Shown: in pieces, positions 12,820 through 24,879 of the stretch | How positions within the stretch are numbered: position 1 is the first letter of the stretch | Layout: each line of letters begins with the position of its first letter | Assembly: GCA_025558095.1 (NCBI GenBank) | Contig: JAIVFI010000024.1 | Location: 618,030-682,029, forward strand | DNA length: 64,000 nt | Origin: Hyaloraphidium curvatum SAG 235-1 | Taxonomy: Eukaryota > Fungi > Monoblepharomycota | Reading direction: 5' to 3' | The notes under the pieces: model-generated | Seen by the model: the letters and a program-made list of their open reading frames with translations, nothing else | What the model was told of the DNA's origin: nothing | The model's database searches: none | Translations under genes and position numbers: made by a program

Positions 12820-13634
12820 CATACAGCTCTCAACAATCCCCGCGAGCCAAACCACCCGCACCGGATCCGCCCGTGGACCGCAAAGGATGTACCCCAATCG
12901 CCGGATGATACTCGGTCCTATGATGAAGGGCGATCCCGGAGGTGGGCGGTCGGAAGCGGCAGGGTGCGGTCCCGCCCGGACTCGCGCGCCATCGCGGGAT
13001 GCCGAGCCCATCGCGGGCCCAGGATAATGCGGACGTTTCGGAATGAATAATTGGTCCTGGTTTTGCGGCACGTGGGCGCGGGATGGGCCGGGGGACGGAC
13101 GGTGGCCAGCTCAGCCTGGCGGGGTGCGGGCGGAGTCGGGGAACCCCACCAATTCCGACCCACCGCCGCCCCGGGTAGCTTCATTTGAATTAAATCAGTC
13201 GATCGGAAGTGTCCGTGCGGGGCAGGGCAGCCTTGCGGGGACGGGGCAACGCCGGCGTCGGAGCTGTCGGGGTCCTCCCGGTCGGGGTTTGCCGACCTCC
13301 GATCCGGACGCCGGGCGGCCGGCGGGCGACCGATCGGCGGCTCTTGAAGTCGGGTGCGAGCTGGTTGTCCGATCCGGGTCGCTGAGGAGGTGCCCGCGCC
13401 CAACCGGGGCTGGCCTAGGGGCCTTTGGGGCGCGGCACGCGAGAAAGTCTTCCACCCCAGCCCGACACGGGATTCCACCCCGTCTTCCGCAAGCCTCCAC
13501 CACGACGGCGCCGCGCTGACTTGCCCCCTCCCTGCCGCGCATCGCGGCAGCTCCTTGGCATAGCGCGGGAGCCCCGCGGGCGCCGGCGTCCCCCGCCCTC
13601 CGGGGCCGCCGCTCCGACCGCGGACTTTGCCGCC

Positions 13635-16264
13635 ATGGCGCTCGCGCTGCGGACCGCCGCGCGGCTGCGCGCCTCGCTTCTCGCCGGCGGCCGCCCGCCG
13701 GGGCTGCGGAAGGCGGCCTCCGCGCCCGCCTGTGCCCGCGGACTCGCCGCCGCCGCGCGGACCCCGTGCTGCCCGCGCCCGCCGCCGCCGCCGATCGCCC
13801 CGCGCCGGCTCTCCCCCGCCGCGTCGCTCGCCGCATTCCACTCGACGCCCGCCGCGCGCCTCGCCCCGCAGGTGCCCGAGGACCCCGACGCCCGCAACCC
13901 CTCCAAGGCCGCGCTGGTCGCGCAGCTGCTCAAGGAGAGCAAGGCCGCGCTGGCCTCGCCCGCCGCCTCCCCGCCGCTGTCGCCCACAAACTCGGCCGCG
14001 GACCTGCAGGCCGCTGAGGACGCGCGCGACGCGCTGGCCGGCAGCCAGATCGGCGCGCCTGCACCCGCCGCCGCCGAGCCCGCCGCCGCGGGCGGCAAGC
14101 CCGCCAAGCCCCCGCTGTGGCAGCGCATCAAGCACGAGATACAGCACTACTACCACGGCGGCCGGCTGTTCGTCGCCGAGACCCGCATCTCGTTCCGCCT
14201 GCTGCTCAAGATGGCCCGGGGCAGCCACCTCACCCGGCGCGAGCACAGGCAGCTCGTGCGCACCTCGGCCGACATGTTCCGGCTGATCCCCATGATGATC
14301 TTCATCGTGGTGCCGTTCATGGAGTTTGCGCTGCCGTTCGCGCTCAGGATCTGGCCGGACATGCTGCCGAGCACGTTCGAGTCCAAGTACGCCGAGGTGG
14401 GTCGCCAACAGCCCCCTTTACCCGCCGTCCCGCTGATCCGCCTTGCGCGCCCCGTTAGGAGGAGAAGCGCAAGAAGCTCCTCAAGGTCCGCCTCGACATG
14501 GCCAAGTTCCTGCAGGACACCATCTCGGAAATGTCCGTGGGCGGCAAGGCCGCCTCGTCCGAGCAGGAGCGCCAGATCGCCGAATTCGGCGCCTTCTTCA
14601 GGAAGTACCGCGCGACGGGGCAGCTCGCGCCCACGGAGGAGATCGTCCGCGTCGCCCGCAGGTTCGACGACGAGGCCGTGCTGGCCCACCTGTCGAGGCC
14701 GCAGCTGGCGAGCATGTGCAAGTTCGTCGGGGTGTCGACGTTCGGGACGGACGAGCTGCTGCGGTACATGCTGCGGAAGAAGATGCGGGACATCCGGCAG
14801 GACGACAAGGTGGCGTGCCCCCGCCGGGTCCGGGCGCCCCCGCCGCGCCGACCGCTGATCTCCCCCGCCCCACCCAGATGATCGCCGCCGAGGGCATCGA
14901 CTCCCTCGACCTCGTCGAGCTCGCCAGCGCCTGCTCCGCGCGGGGCATCCGCACCCTCGGCGTCTCCCCCGCGCGCATGCGCCAGGAGCTGCAGCAGTGG
15001 GTCGACCTGCACCTCAACCACGGCGTGCCCTCCACGATCCTGCTCCTCTCGCGGGCGTTTGCGATATCGGACCAGGTGCCCGTGGTGAAGCACGTGCCGC
15101 CCGCCGAGGCGCTGCAGGAGGCCCTGCGGAGCCTGCCCGACGGGGCGAGGGAGGAGACCAGGGTGGCGTACAGCGAGGCGGTGGGGGCCAAGGTGGACCC
15201 GAGGGAGAAGCTGGAGATGCTGCGGGAGCAGGAGAAGATGATCGAGGAGGAGCTGCGGCAGGCGCAGGGGACGGCCAAGGGGGCGGTGCTCGGGGCCGCC
15301 AAGGAGGCGGTGAAGGAGGCCAAGAAGGGGGGCGAGGGGCTGGGCGTGGATGCGGCGCTCAAGGTCGCGGAGGCGGCGCGGGAAAAGGCGCCGCACGAGG
15401 CCGAGGCCACCGTCGCGAGGGCAAAGGAGGCCGAGGCGGGGGCGGCCGCGCTGAAGCAGCTCGGGGAGGCGCTGGAGGTGCTTGCCAGCCCGTCGGCGCT
15501 GGCGCCGGAGCGGGACGACCTGAAGGAGATCGTCAAGGACCGGGACGAGTACCGCGAGGACCTCAAGGCCGTCGAGACGCTGGTCGCCGGGGGCGGGGGG
15601 CTGGAGAGCAAGGCGGGGACGATGCTCGGGAAGCGGCTGGACAGCCTGCTGAAGCGGATCGAGGGGGAGATGCAGGAGTACGACCGGCGTACGTCTTTTG
15701 CCGGGGCTCGTTTCGCACTGTCGGCTGATCTTTTGGCGGCAGTCGTCGGGGACAAGCTCAACCTCCTCAAGCCAGACGAGGTCGGGCTGATCCCGATGGA
15801 ACAGGTGGTCCTCGCCCTGCGCAGCATCAAGGCCGCGCCCGGGTCCGAGGTCGAGCACAGGATCGCGCAGATCATCGACAACCTGGACCCGGACGGCGAC
15901 GGGATGGGTGGGTCCTCCCTCGGGGTGCCGCGGTCCGACCGGGCTGACGCTTCCCAAAGTGTTTTTGAGCGACGTCAAGGAGATGTCCCTGAAGCTCCAG
16001 GAGCTCGAGGAGGAACCCCTGCACCGCGCGCAGCGCGCCGCGCTGGCGCTCAAATCCCGCCTGGACTCGGCCACCGCCTCCTCCCCGCCCGCGCCGGCGC
16101 CCCCCGCGCCGCAGCTCGAGACGGCGCCGCCGCGGCCCGCTGCCCTGCCGGCGGAGGAGCCGGAGGACAAGGGCAAGGTGGACGTGGTGTTTCCGCCGCC
16201 ATCGGGGGCGAGACCGGAGATGAGGGCCGACGGGGGGACGGGGGGGGAGGGCAGGCACCTCTGA
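13635..16264 (+). CDS. MDM38: LETM1/Mdm38 mitochondrial inner-membrane protein, multi-exon
   Basis: R/A-rich presequence, then LWQRIKHEIQHYYHG, LTRREHRQL, DMFRLIP...VVPFMEFALP...PDMLPSTF and ACSARGIR. C-terminal EF-hand-like DPDGDG. Confidence 0.95.
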
Positions 16265-16327
16265 GCCCGCCGCGTGCGACATAGCTGCGTCAGCGTCTGC
16301 GCCAATGAGCATTACACTTCTTGCACA

Positions 16328-18003
16328 TCAGCCGGGAGGCGGGGCGGCGTCCGTCTGTGGAGCGTCCGCGGCGGCGTTCGGGGCGCCGTCGGCCGCGGAG
16401 GGGCCGTCCGATTTGGGGGCGTCGGGATCGAAGATCTTGGTCTCGCCGTCGGCGACGCCGTCGGCGGAGCGGTAACCGCCGCCTTGCCAGTTCTGCTGGG
16501 GGTAGCCCGGCTGGTACCCCTGTTGCGGGTAGCCCTGCTGGAAGTTCTGCTGCGGGTAGCCCTGTTGTTGGTAGCCCTGTTGTTGATAGCCTTGTTGCGG
16601 GTAGCCCTGTTGTTGGTAGCCCTGTTGTTGGTAGCCTTGTTGCGGGTAGCCCTGTTGCTGGAAGTTCTGTTGCTGGAAGCCGTTCGGCTGCTGCCCCTGC
16701 CAGTTCTGCTGCCCCTGCCCCTGCCAGCCCTGCTGCTGCTGGAACGGTGGCACGCAGACCACGCAGAAATCGACGTTGCTTCCCGCAAGCATCAGCTCTC
16801 TTCCCTCCCCCTGCCGGCAGACCGACCCACCACGTCCCGCACCGCGCGTGCGCCTCCCCCCGCGAATTATCCCTGCGCTGCCTGCATCTGTCGCAGTCGT
16901 AATACGGTGCTTGCGCGGGGTTGAGCGTCATGATGAACATCGGGTGGCCCTGCATGTCGAAGACCCCCGGGACCGGCTGGCCGGGGTGCCCCTGCGAGGG
17001 ACCCGCAGAAGGGGCGCCGCCGAAAACGCGGTCGAGCTGGCCCTGGAACTCGTTCATGACTTTCCCACCGTCAACCCCCCGCGAGCCGATCCGCGGGGAA
17101 GGGAACCCACTCGTGCTTTCGGTCCTCTGCACCACCTGCGTCACCACCGCCCACGCCTTTGGCTGCACGATGCCCATTACCGCGTCGCGGATCTTCTCGT
17201 AGGCGAGGCCGCCGAAGACCATGGTGGCGGCGGTGAGGAGGGCGTTGCCCTGGTTGAGAACACCTTGGATTATGGCTGCGGGGGATGGCGTGTGAGAAGG
17301 TGGAGGGGTGGGGTGCGGCGGAGGCTTACAGCGTGCGGCCTGGTCGAAGGTCTGGGGGACAACGTTCATGATCGGGCCGATGAGGGCTCCGAGGATCTCG
17401 GGAAGAGTCAGTGAAGCGGCGATGGAACGGGAAGGGCACCGCGCACCTCGACAACCTTGTTCCGCACGCCCTGGATGATCTGCGGCACGATGGCCACGTA
17501 CGGATTCGACAGGATCTTGCCCGCCGCGTTGAGCGCCGCCCCGATCCCCTGCGTCAGCCCCGTCGCGCCAACGGTCTTGGCGAGCACCTTGACGATGTCC
17601 ATGGCCACGTCCACCAGCGTCTCCGGGATCCCGCGGACGATCCCCACGAGCATCGCGCGCAGGTTCCCGGCGAAGCTGCCCACGATCCCCTGCACGTTTC
17701 CCGAGAGTACGGGGCGGAAGGCGGGGTCGACCTCCTCCAGCATCGCGCGCTCGGCGAGCTGCGGGACCTCGGTGGCCGTCTGCTCCTGCATGATGCCGAC
17801 GTTCTTGGACATCAGCTCGTGCGTGGCGGGGCGGAGCTTGGTGTCGACCGTCTGGTCGATGGTGTTGAACATGACGTTGCCGACGACCTGCTGGCCGACC
17901 TGGGTCGCGGCCTGCGAGTCAGGGAGCGCGTCGTGAGGGGGTGCAGGAGATGTGGTGGGTACGATGAGCTCACATTGGCGAGCTGGTCGAAGAAGGACGA
18001 CAT
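16328..18003 (-). CDS. Hypothetical protein: helical N-terminus, Cys/His zinc-finger-like domain, QQGY-rich tail, multi-exon
   Basis: ATG at 18003 ([10 protein letters not shown]). HP...CDRC...C..C..DFCVVC is followed by QQGY(P/Q) repeats. Confidence 0.7.
16490..16740 (-). repeat. 15-nt coding tandem repeat, QQGY(P/Q)
   Basis: Repeated gtagccctgttgttg variants on the plus strand. Confidence 0.9.
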
Positions 18004-18268
18004 GGCGGCAGATTAGGTGAGGGAAAAAGAGGAGGAGTTGGAAGGGAGGCCGGGAAGCTGGCTTGCGACCCGAGGAGAGCCTAGGCCCTCGCCAGGGCCG
18101 GCGGGACGCGCAAAAGAGAATGCGATGCGCAGGGATCCTGGCCGGGGGAGCGGCTCGGAGCCCGGGAGGGCCGTCAAGATGGTCTGCCCGTCCGCGGTTG
18201 CGGTCCCAGGGTCCGAAGGGATTGGACGACTAAACACGCACCGCCGCTGAGGCCGGAGGCAGCTCAGG

Positions 18269-19444
18269 ATGGACATGGCGCGCAGGATTTTAGCGGCTGG
18301 CCGCGCAGGGACACCTACGCTGGACGAGCTCGCCTCGGCGCACGTGCGGTCGGCGATTGCGGGCTCGCCGCTGTCCGACGAGCAGCTCGCGGCGCTGCTG
18401 CTGCGCGACGCCGAGCGGCTCGAGGGGCGCTACGCGGAGCACGGCGTGTCGGGCTATGCCGACCCACTTAAAAGGAAAGCGCGGCCGTCGGCGCGGTTTT
18501 TGGAGAAGGTCGTGCGGCGCACCGAGGAGCACAACAGGAGCCTCCGCGAGCGGCAGGCCGAGGAGGCCGGCGAGCGGCTGAGGGAGCTGGACGGGCGGGC
18601 CCGCGGGCGGGGCGAGAGGAAGTACAGGGGGAGGAGCGAGTCGTCCTCGGGGGAACGGAGCGGGAGCCGGACGCGGGGACGCCAGGGCCGGGACCGGTCG
18701 AGCGAACGCCCCACCAACGGCACGAGGGACAGACCGCGCGATGACTCACGGGAGCACCGTCGTCGTGACCGGGACAGGACGCGGGACCGCAAACGGACGC
18801 GGAGCCGGACCCCCAGCCCCTCCTCTGGGCGGCCACCCCGGCGTCCCTCCTCCCCCCGCCATTCCCGCTCCCCCTCCCCTCCCCCCGCGCCCTCGGAGCC
18901 GTACCGCCCGCTCACCGTCCCCCGCGGCCGCGGCACCGCCGGCCCCGCGCGGCTGGACCGCGCCTTCGACCCGGCCTACGACCCGCGGCTGGATCCGGAC
19001 AACTACGACGACGGCAACGCCGAGTACTTCGTGCGCGCGATCGAGGACAAGGCCGTGGAGATCGAGGCGGAGCGGGCGAAAAGGAAAGAGGAGAAGGAGA
19101 GGAGGAGGAGGAGGAAGGAGGAGCGGCGAAGAAGGAAGGCGGAGAAAGCGGAGAGGAAGGACCGGAAGAAGCGGTCGCGCCGGTCGGACACTGACGATTC
19201 CTCGGACTCGTTTTCGGAGTCAGAACGGCGCCGCCGGAAGCGCCGCTCCGCGACGCCCTCGCGCTCGCTCTCCCCGCGGAGGCGCTCCCCCGCGCGCAGG
19301 CGACGGCGCTCCCGCACCCGCTCGCGGTCGGCGGAGCGTCGCAACGATCGAGGGAAGGAGGCCAAGCGCGCGCGATCCGAGACCCCGGGGCCCAAGCCCG
19401 ACGTGCCGGAGAGGGCGGACCTGCCGGAGGCGTGCCCGTGGTAG
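18269..19444 (+). CDS. RS-rich nuclear protein of the fungal family often annotated pre-mRNA splicing factor 38B-like
   Basis: DEQLAALLLRDA, PSARFLEKVVRRTEEHN and RGRG...LDRAFDPAYDPRLD, with RS/RE tracts. Confidence 0.7.
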   Translation: MDMARRILAAGRAGTPTLDELASAHVRSAIAGSPLSDEQLAALLLRDAERLEGRYAEHGVSGYADPLKRKARPSARFLEKVVRRTEEHNRSLRERQAEEAGERLRELDGRARGRGERKYRGRSESSSGERSGSRTRGRQGRDRSSERPTNGTRDRPRDDSREHRRRDRDRTRDRKRTRSRTPSPSSGRPPRRPSSPRHSRSPSPPPAPSEPYRPLTVPRGRGTAGPARLDRAFDPAYDPRLDPDNYDDGNAEYFVRAIEDKAVEIEAERAKRKEEKERRRRRKEERRRRKAEKAERKDRKKRSRRSDTDDSSDSFSESERRRRKRRSATPSRSLSPRRRSPARRRRRSRTRSRSAERRNDRGKEAKRARSETPGPKPDVPERADLPEACPW

Positions 19445-19636
19445 CGGATGCGCGGATGCGGCGCGGCCGGGAGACCTGGGCGATCGATAATAGCTTCCAG
19501 CGAATGTATTCGTGGATGGCAGCGCGGCCGCGGCTCGGGAATCTCGATCTCGGGGCCGTCGGTGTGAGTCACAAAGGGCACGTGAGGAAGGGGTGTCCCC
19601 GAACTCCGTCATCGCTCTCACACTCCGCGCTCGCCG

Positions 19637-21130
19637 ATGGCAGAAACCGCAGCGGCCGCCGGCGCTGACGCCAAGCCTTCCCCGGATACCGCCGCGAACG
19701 GGGACGGCGACGCCAAGGGCGCCAAGGACTCGTTCAGCACCGACGCTTCCACGGTCGCGGACCTGCCGCGCCTGCGCCGCCGCGCGGACCTCCGCATCCT
19801 CCCCATCGCCTTTGCGCTCTACACCGCGTCGTGGTGGGCCCGCGGCGCCATCGCCTCGGCCGCCGTGGCCAACGCCGAGAAGGGCCACTCGATGCTGCAG
19901 ACGCTGGGCATGAACCTGGACCAGTTCAACTGGGCGTCGTCGGCGTTCTTCTTCGGCGTCGTGGCCTTCGAGATACCCAGCAACCTCCTCCTGAAGCTCA
20001 CCTCGCCGAGCCGCTGGCTTGCCGGCATCGCGGTCGCCTGGGGGATCATCACCGCGTGCACCGCCGCCGTCGCAAACTACGGCGGCCTCGTGGCCTGCAG
20101 CACCCTGCTCGGCTTCGCGCAGGCGGGCCTGGTGCCGGGGGTTGTGTACCACTTCACGTTCTGGTACCCGCGCACCGAGCGCGGCCTGCGGATCGCTGCG
20201 TTCTGGATCGCAGGGCCGTTCGCGAGCGCGCTCGGGGGGCTGCTCAACGCCGGGATCGTGCAGCTCGACGGCGCGGGCGGGCTGTACGGATGGAGGTGGC
20301 TCTTTCTCATCTACGGGCTGCTGTCGATCGTCCTGGGGGTCGCGTGCTGGTTGTTGCTGCCGGACTACCCGCGCACCGCCAAGTGGCTGGGACCAGGAGA
20401 CGCCGCGGCAATCGAGGCGTCGCTCAAGGGCGAGGCGGGCTCCGAGGTGTCGGGCCAGACGTGGGTCAAGGAGGAGGCGGCCGAGTTCTTCCGGAACCCG
20501 CTGTCGTACCTCTTTGCCGTCATGATGGCTGTCGGCGCCGCGGCGCGGTTCGGGCTAGTCATCTACGCCCCCACGATCATCAGCTCGCTTGGCTTTAGCT
20601 CGACGGCGGCCATCGCCATGACCAGCCCGCTCTACTTCTGGGGCCTGCTCTGGATCGTCGCCCTCGGCTACCTCGCCGACCGCACCCGGGACCGCTTCTT
20701 CCTCGTCACCTTCGCCGCCGCGGTCCCCCTGCTCGGCTACGCCCTCCTCTCCGCCCTGCAGACCGCAAGCCCGGGGGCGAAGCTCGCCCTCCTCTTCGTC
20801 GTCGCGACGACGGTCAACGGCGTCGGCAACCTCGTCATCCTCTGGCGCACCGACAGCGCGAGGGGGACGACCTACACCGCGCTGTGCTCGGGATTCACGC
20901 TGGCGGTGGGCAGCATCGGCGGCGCCGTGGCGCCGCAGGTGTTCAGGCCGGGCGATGCACCGGGGTTCAGGGTGGCGTTCGCGGTGCTGGCCGCGTGCGA
21001 GGGGGCGTGCATACTGGGGGCCGCGGGGGTGAGGTGGATCGAGAGGAGGTGGCCCTCGTACTGCGGGCCGGACGGGCCGGTGGCCAGGGCGAGGGTGATC
21101 CCGGAGGCGGAGGTGAAGGGGCAGCCTTAG
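19637..21130 (+). CDS. MFS transporter, anion:cation symporter (Dal5/Tna1-like)
   Basis: About 12 TM segments, with DLRILP, FEIPSNLLL, FWYPRTERGLR and GLYGWRWLFLI. Confidence 0.93.
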   Translation: MAETAAAAGADAKPSPDTAANGDGDAKGAKDSFSTDASTVADLPRLRRRADLRILPIAFALYTASWWARGAIASAAVANAEKGHSMLQTLGMNLDQFNWASSAFFFGVVAFEIPSNLLLKLTSPSRWLAGIAVAWGIITACTAAVANYGGLVACSTLLGFAQAGLVPGVVYHFTFWYPRTERGLRIAAFWIAGPFASALGGLLNAGIVQLDGAGGLYGWRWLFLIYGLLSIVLGVACWLLLPDYPRTAKWLGPGDAAAIEASLKGEAGSEVSGQTWVKEEAAEFFRNPLSYLFAVMMAVGAAARFGLVIYAPTIISSLGFSSTAAIAMTSPLYFWGLLWIVALGYLADRTRDRFFLVTFAAAVPLLGYALLSALQTASPGAKLALLFVVATTVNGVGNLVILWRTDSARGTTYTALCSGFTLAVGSIGGAVAPQVFRPGDAPGFRVAFAVLAACEGACILGAAGVRWIERRWPSYCGPDGPVARARVIPEAEVKGQP

Positions 21131-22041
21131 GCCCGTCCGCTGTATTTCCTTGCCAAGGGAAAGCTCGTCGCATGGATCGCAGCGGGCCGTGGGGAAAGTG
21201 GGCGAGCCAGCACATCGACTGAGTTCCGCGAGAATCTCATTTACCGCGCCGGCGATCGAGCTGGACGACCCATTCCCATCGAGTAGGCAGTCGCACCAGC
21301 AAGTTGCTCTTTTGCATTGTTGGATCGAAAAGTGCCTTGGCAGTCCGAAACTAAGCCGGAAAGGGTCGGTACCTCTGGATGTCAAATCGCGCCGGGCAAG
21401 ACGCAACAGGAAGCAATATCGCGCGTGCAATGCCGTTTTCCGGCTCGCGAATCTCGCTTCGAGGGCACAATGCCGCCGCACCGGAGCTGCGGCGCTGCGC
21501 GGGCGAAGCCGCCCGTCGACTCGCCCCGGTCGGGAAGCCCGAAGGCCGCCTCCGAGGTCGACGGAGGGCCCTCCGCTTGCGCGTGCCGCTTGCTGAGGAT
21601 GCGAAAGGCGGACCGGAAGGCCCTGCACGATCTTCCATGCGCTCCTTGGCGGGATGGAGGGGGTTCCCGGTCCGCGAGCGGCAACCGCACCGGACCGAGA
21701 TCGGAGGTCAAGACCGCGGTTCCCCCCACACTGGGCGGATTTGCTGGGGCAGGAAATGCTGCATCGACACCGCCCTGCGGCGCGGGGGCGGGCGGCGCCG
21801 GCGGGGCGCAAGGACACAGCGCTGTGCCTTCGGGGTTGGGATTATGGGGATTTGCTGGGATGCCGGGGCGGCCGTGCGGCGGGGCAACTCCATCGGGGAA
21901 CGCGAGCTGAATCCCGGGGAATTGCTGCCGATCGGCGTTGTCCGACGACCGCGGGTTTATTGGAAGGGGGACCGCCTAGGTCGTGTGATTTCGGAGCCCG
22001 CCCGGCCGCCACTCCTAGTTGCAACCGCCTCCCGCCGCAAG

Positions 22042-24224
22042 ATGGCGGCCACGCCCAAGTCCGCCGGCGACGAGCTGTCGCCCACCGAGCGGTTTATGAG
22101 GGAACTGTCAGCGCTGTCCGGGTGGGACGCGGCGCAGTACCGGTCGCCGCCGGCGGACGCGTCGCCGCTCGCCGGCGCGGTGGGCGACCCGCCGCACCCG
22201 CCGCCGTCGTTCGCGCTGCCGGGCGGGCCGCCGAGAGCGGACGGCGGGCGCGGCGGCGACCGCAGCCCGGCGGGCGGCGCGCACGCCGACTTCGGGCTGC
22301 CCGGCGACGTGCCGCTCTCGGCGCTGTCGATCTCGAACGCCGCCTTCGACGACCTCTTCGAGCTGCGCACGCCGACCGCATCCCCCTTCCACGTCGACGC
22401 GGCGGAGCTGGCGGCGCTCGCCGGCGGCCGCGGCTCGCTGCCACAAAACGCCCCCCGCATGCCGTCGCCCGCCGCCACCGGCCCCGACGCCCTCGCCGAC
22501 CTGTACCGCTCGGCCGCCAACCTGCCGTCGCCGTCGTCGGCCGCCAGCGGCAACCACTCCTCCGCCGACCCGCTGTCGCCCGCCTCGGCACGCTCGCCCG
22601 GGCTCGCCCTGTCGCCCACGGGCAACCCGCTGTCGCCGGGGCAGGGCCTGGCCCCGTTCCCGTACCAGCTGCCGCAGGGCTACACCGCGGTGCCCGTGCG
22701 CATGTCGGACGGTTGGACCGGGCCGGTGCCGGCGGCGCAGGCGCCCCCGGGGAGCATGGTGATCCCGCCCGACGTGGCGGGCACCTTTGCCGGGATGGGC
22801 ATGGGGGCGGTCCAGTACGCGGCCATGAGCTACGCGGACTATGCCGCGGGACTGAATGGCGGGTTCGCGGGCAACGGGTTCGCCGAGCAGGCCGGGATGG
22901 GGGGCGCCTACAACAACGTCGGCGGCGGGTTCGCCGACGTGTCCAATCTGTTCGGCAGCGGCGAGCTGACTGAGCTTTCGGGCCGCATGGCGGCCGAGCA
23001 CCTGTCGGGCCACATGTCGGGCCACCTTGCCGGTCAGCTCCCAGGCACCGTGCCCCGCCAGCACTCGCGCCGCCCCTCGGGCCAGCACCAGCGGTCGCGT
23101 TCCGGCACCCTCCCTGCCACCGACATCCCGCCCGAAATGGCACAACTGTCGGCCATGCTCGCCCAGGACGGCGGCGCGGGCCTCTCACCCACAGCCCTCG
23201 GCGCCGAAGTTACCCGCCTCATGGCCGCCGCCGCCCGCGCCGAGCCCCAGGCCCCGCTCGAGCAGCTCCTCGAGTCGCTGGTAAACCCCGCCCCCGCGCA
23301 GCACCTCGGCGGGGGCCCGCTCCGCCCGCCTTCGCCCTACAGGTCGAGCACCCTCCCCAGCTTCCCCTACCCCGGCGCCGCCTCCCCGTCCTCCGCGGGC
23401 TCCCCCGAGCCATCAACCTACCCGCGCTCCCGCTCCCGCTCGCGCTCCCCCTCCTCCCTCTCCCTCCCGCGGAACCACTCGGACCCCACCTTCCCCCTCC
23501 CCGGCCCGCACGCCATCACCAGACAAGCGAGCGACTCGCTCGCGGTGCTGATGCCCAACTCCGTCTCCCGCCCTGCAAGCGACTCGTTCCCCCGCCCTTC
23601 CCGTGCCCGCCCCCCGGACGCCTTCAACCCCGCCGGCGCGCCCGCCCCCGAGGCCCCCTTCGTCCTGCACCGCACCATCACGGGCGAGCAGGGCACCCTG
23701 CAGCTGGAGATCTCGCACGTCCCGTCGCCCGGGGAGGACGACGACGACGGCGTGTGGTCGCCCGACGACAGCGGCAGCGACTCGTACCACGGCGGCGACG
23801 GGGGCCGCGCGCGCAGCGTGAGCATGTCCGAGGCGGCGCTCGCGGGGGGGTGGGGGGGGTACGAGGAGCTGCTGGCCATCGACCCCGCGCTGTTCGCGTC
23901 GCCGTTCGGGTCGCAGCAGGCGGCGCAGCCCGGCAAGCCCGGGCGGAGGAATTCCGCGCCGCCGGTGCCGGGCACCGCGCAGGGGCAGGGCGGGCAGCCG
24001 CGCCACGTGTGCGCGGAGTGCGGCAAGGAGTTCACGCGGAGGTACAACCTCAAGGGGCACGAGAGGGCGCACAGGGGGGAGAGGCCGTACGCGTGCGGGG
24101 TGTGCGGTGCGAGCGTGAGTTCTTCGCTGGCGTTTGAGGAATGGAAAAGGCTGACCAAATGGCGGTGCGGCAGTTCACGAGGCAGAACGATCTCAAGAGG
24201 CACGGCAAGACGCACGCGCGGTAG
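22042..24224 (+). CDS. C2H2 zinc-finger transcription factor (Crz1-like finger pair)
   Basis: CAECGKEFTRRYNLKGHERAHRGERPYACGVCGAS, intron 24115-24173, then FTRQNDLKRHGKTH and a stop. Ser/Pro-rich N-terminus. Confidence 0.88.
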
Positions 24225-24879
24225 CGACCGCCCGTACCGGCTTTCTGCCGGCGGGATGGTGCTATTCGGACTGGATTTCACGAGGCAGAACGGTCTCGAG
24301 TCTCGAGCGGGCGCCGAGGCGGTGCAAGACGGCCCGTGCGCGCCCGGCGGCCGGGGATCGTTCGGTGCGCCGTCGGAGCGGGCTGGCTCGGCTCCTGTTT
24401 CGACCGTGGCGGGCGCGCGGGTGCCGGTTGGATGGGGATGGGACGGAGGAAGGAGGGACGAGCGGTCGGCGATGATCGGCAGGAAGGAGGAGGCGAAAGA
24501 CGGATCCGCGGGCGGATGGCGGCGGGCGGCGATGGATTTGGTTCGGTACTTGTAGTCTTGTTCGGATCTTGATCGTTAATTCCGTTGCGCGGATCCGGAT
24601 CGGCCGTCCCCGGATGACGGCGCTCCCAAGCGATCCGCCACCAGCAGGGCCGCCACGCACACCCGCTCCCGCCGTCCTCAATCACGCCATCACCAACGTC
24701 GCATGCGATCACAAGGATGCCGTCCGTTTCACGTGCATGCGTCTGCGGTGCGGCCACTTCGTCCCGGTTGGGCCCGACAACGTTTTGGCTCGCTGGGACG
24801 GCCAGCCACCCGTGCGTCAACTTCGCTCCGCACCTCCGGGAACGAATCGCGGACGAAAAGGCGCGGAAACGGCTACCGG

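Noticed and set aside
12823-13071. N-terminus of the 841-aa RT ORF
   Set aside because: It lies outside the TSD and is host flank that happens to be open.
21379-22041. N-terminal extension of the 1058-aa ORF (also its 24225-24555 tail)
   Set aside because: GC-rich open frame. The likely start is 22042, and splicing ends the gene at 24224.
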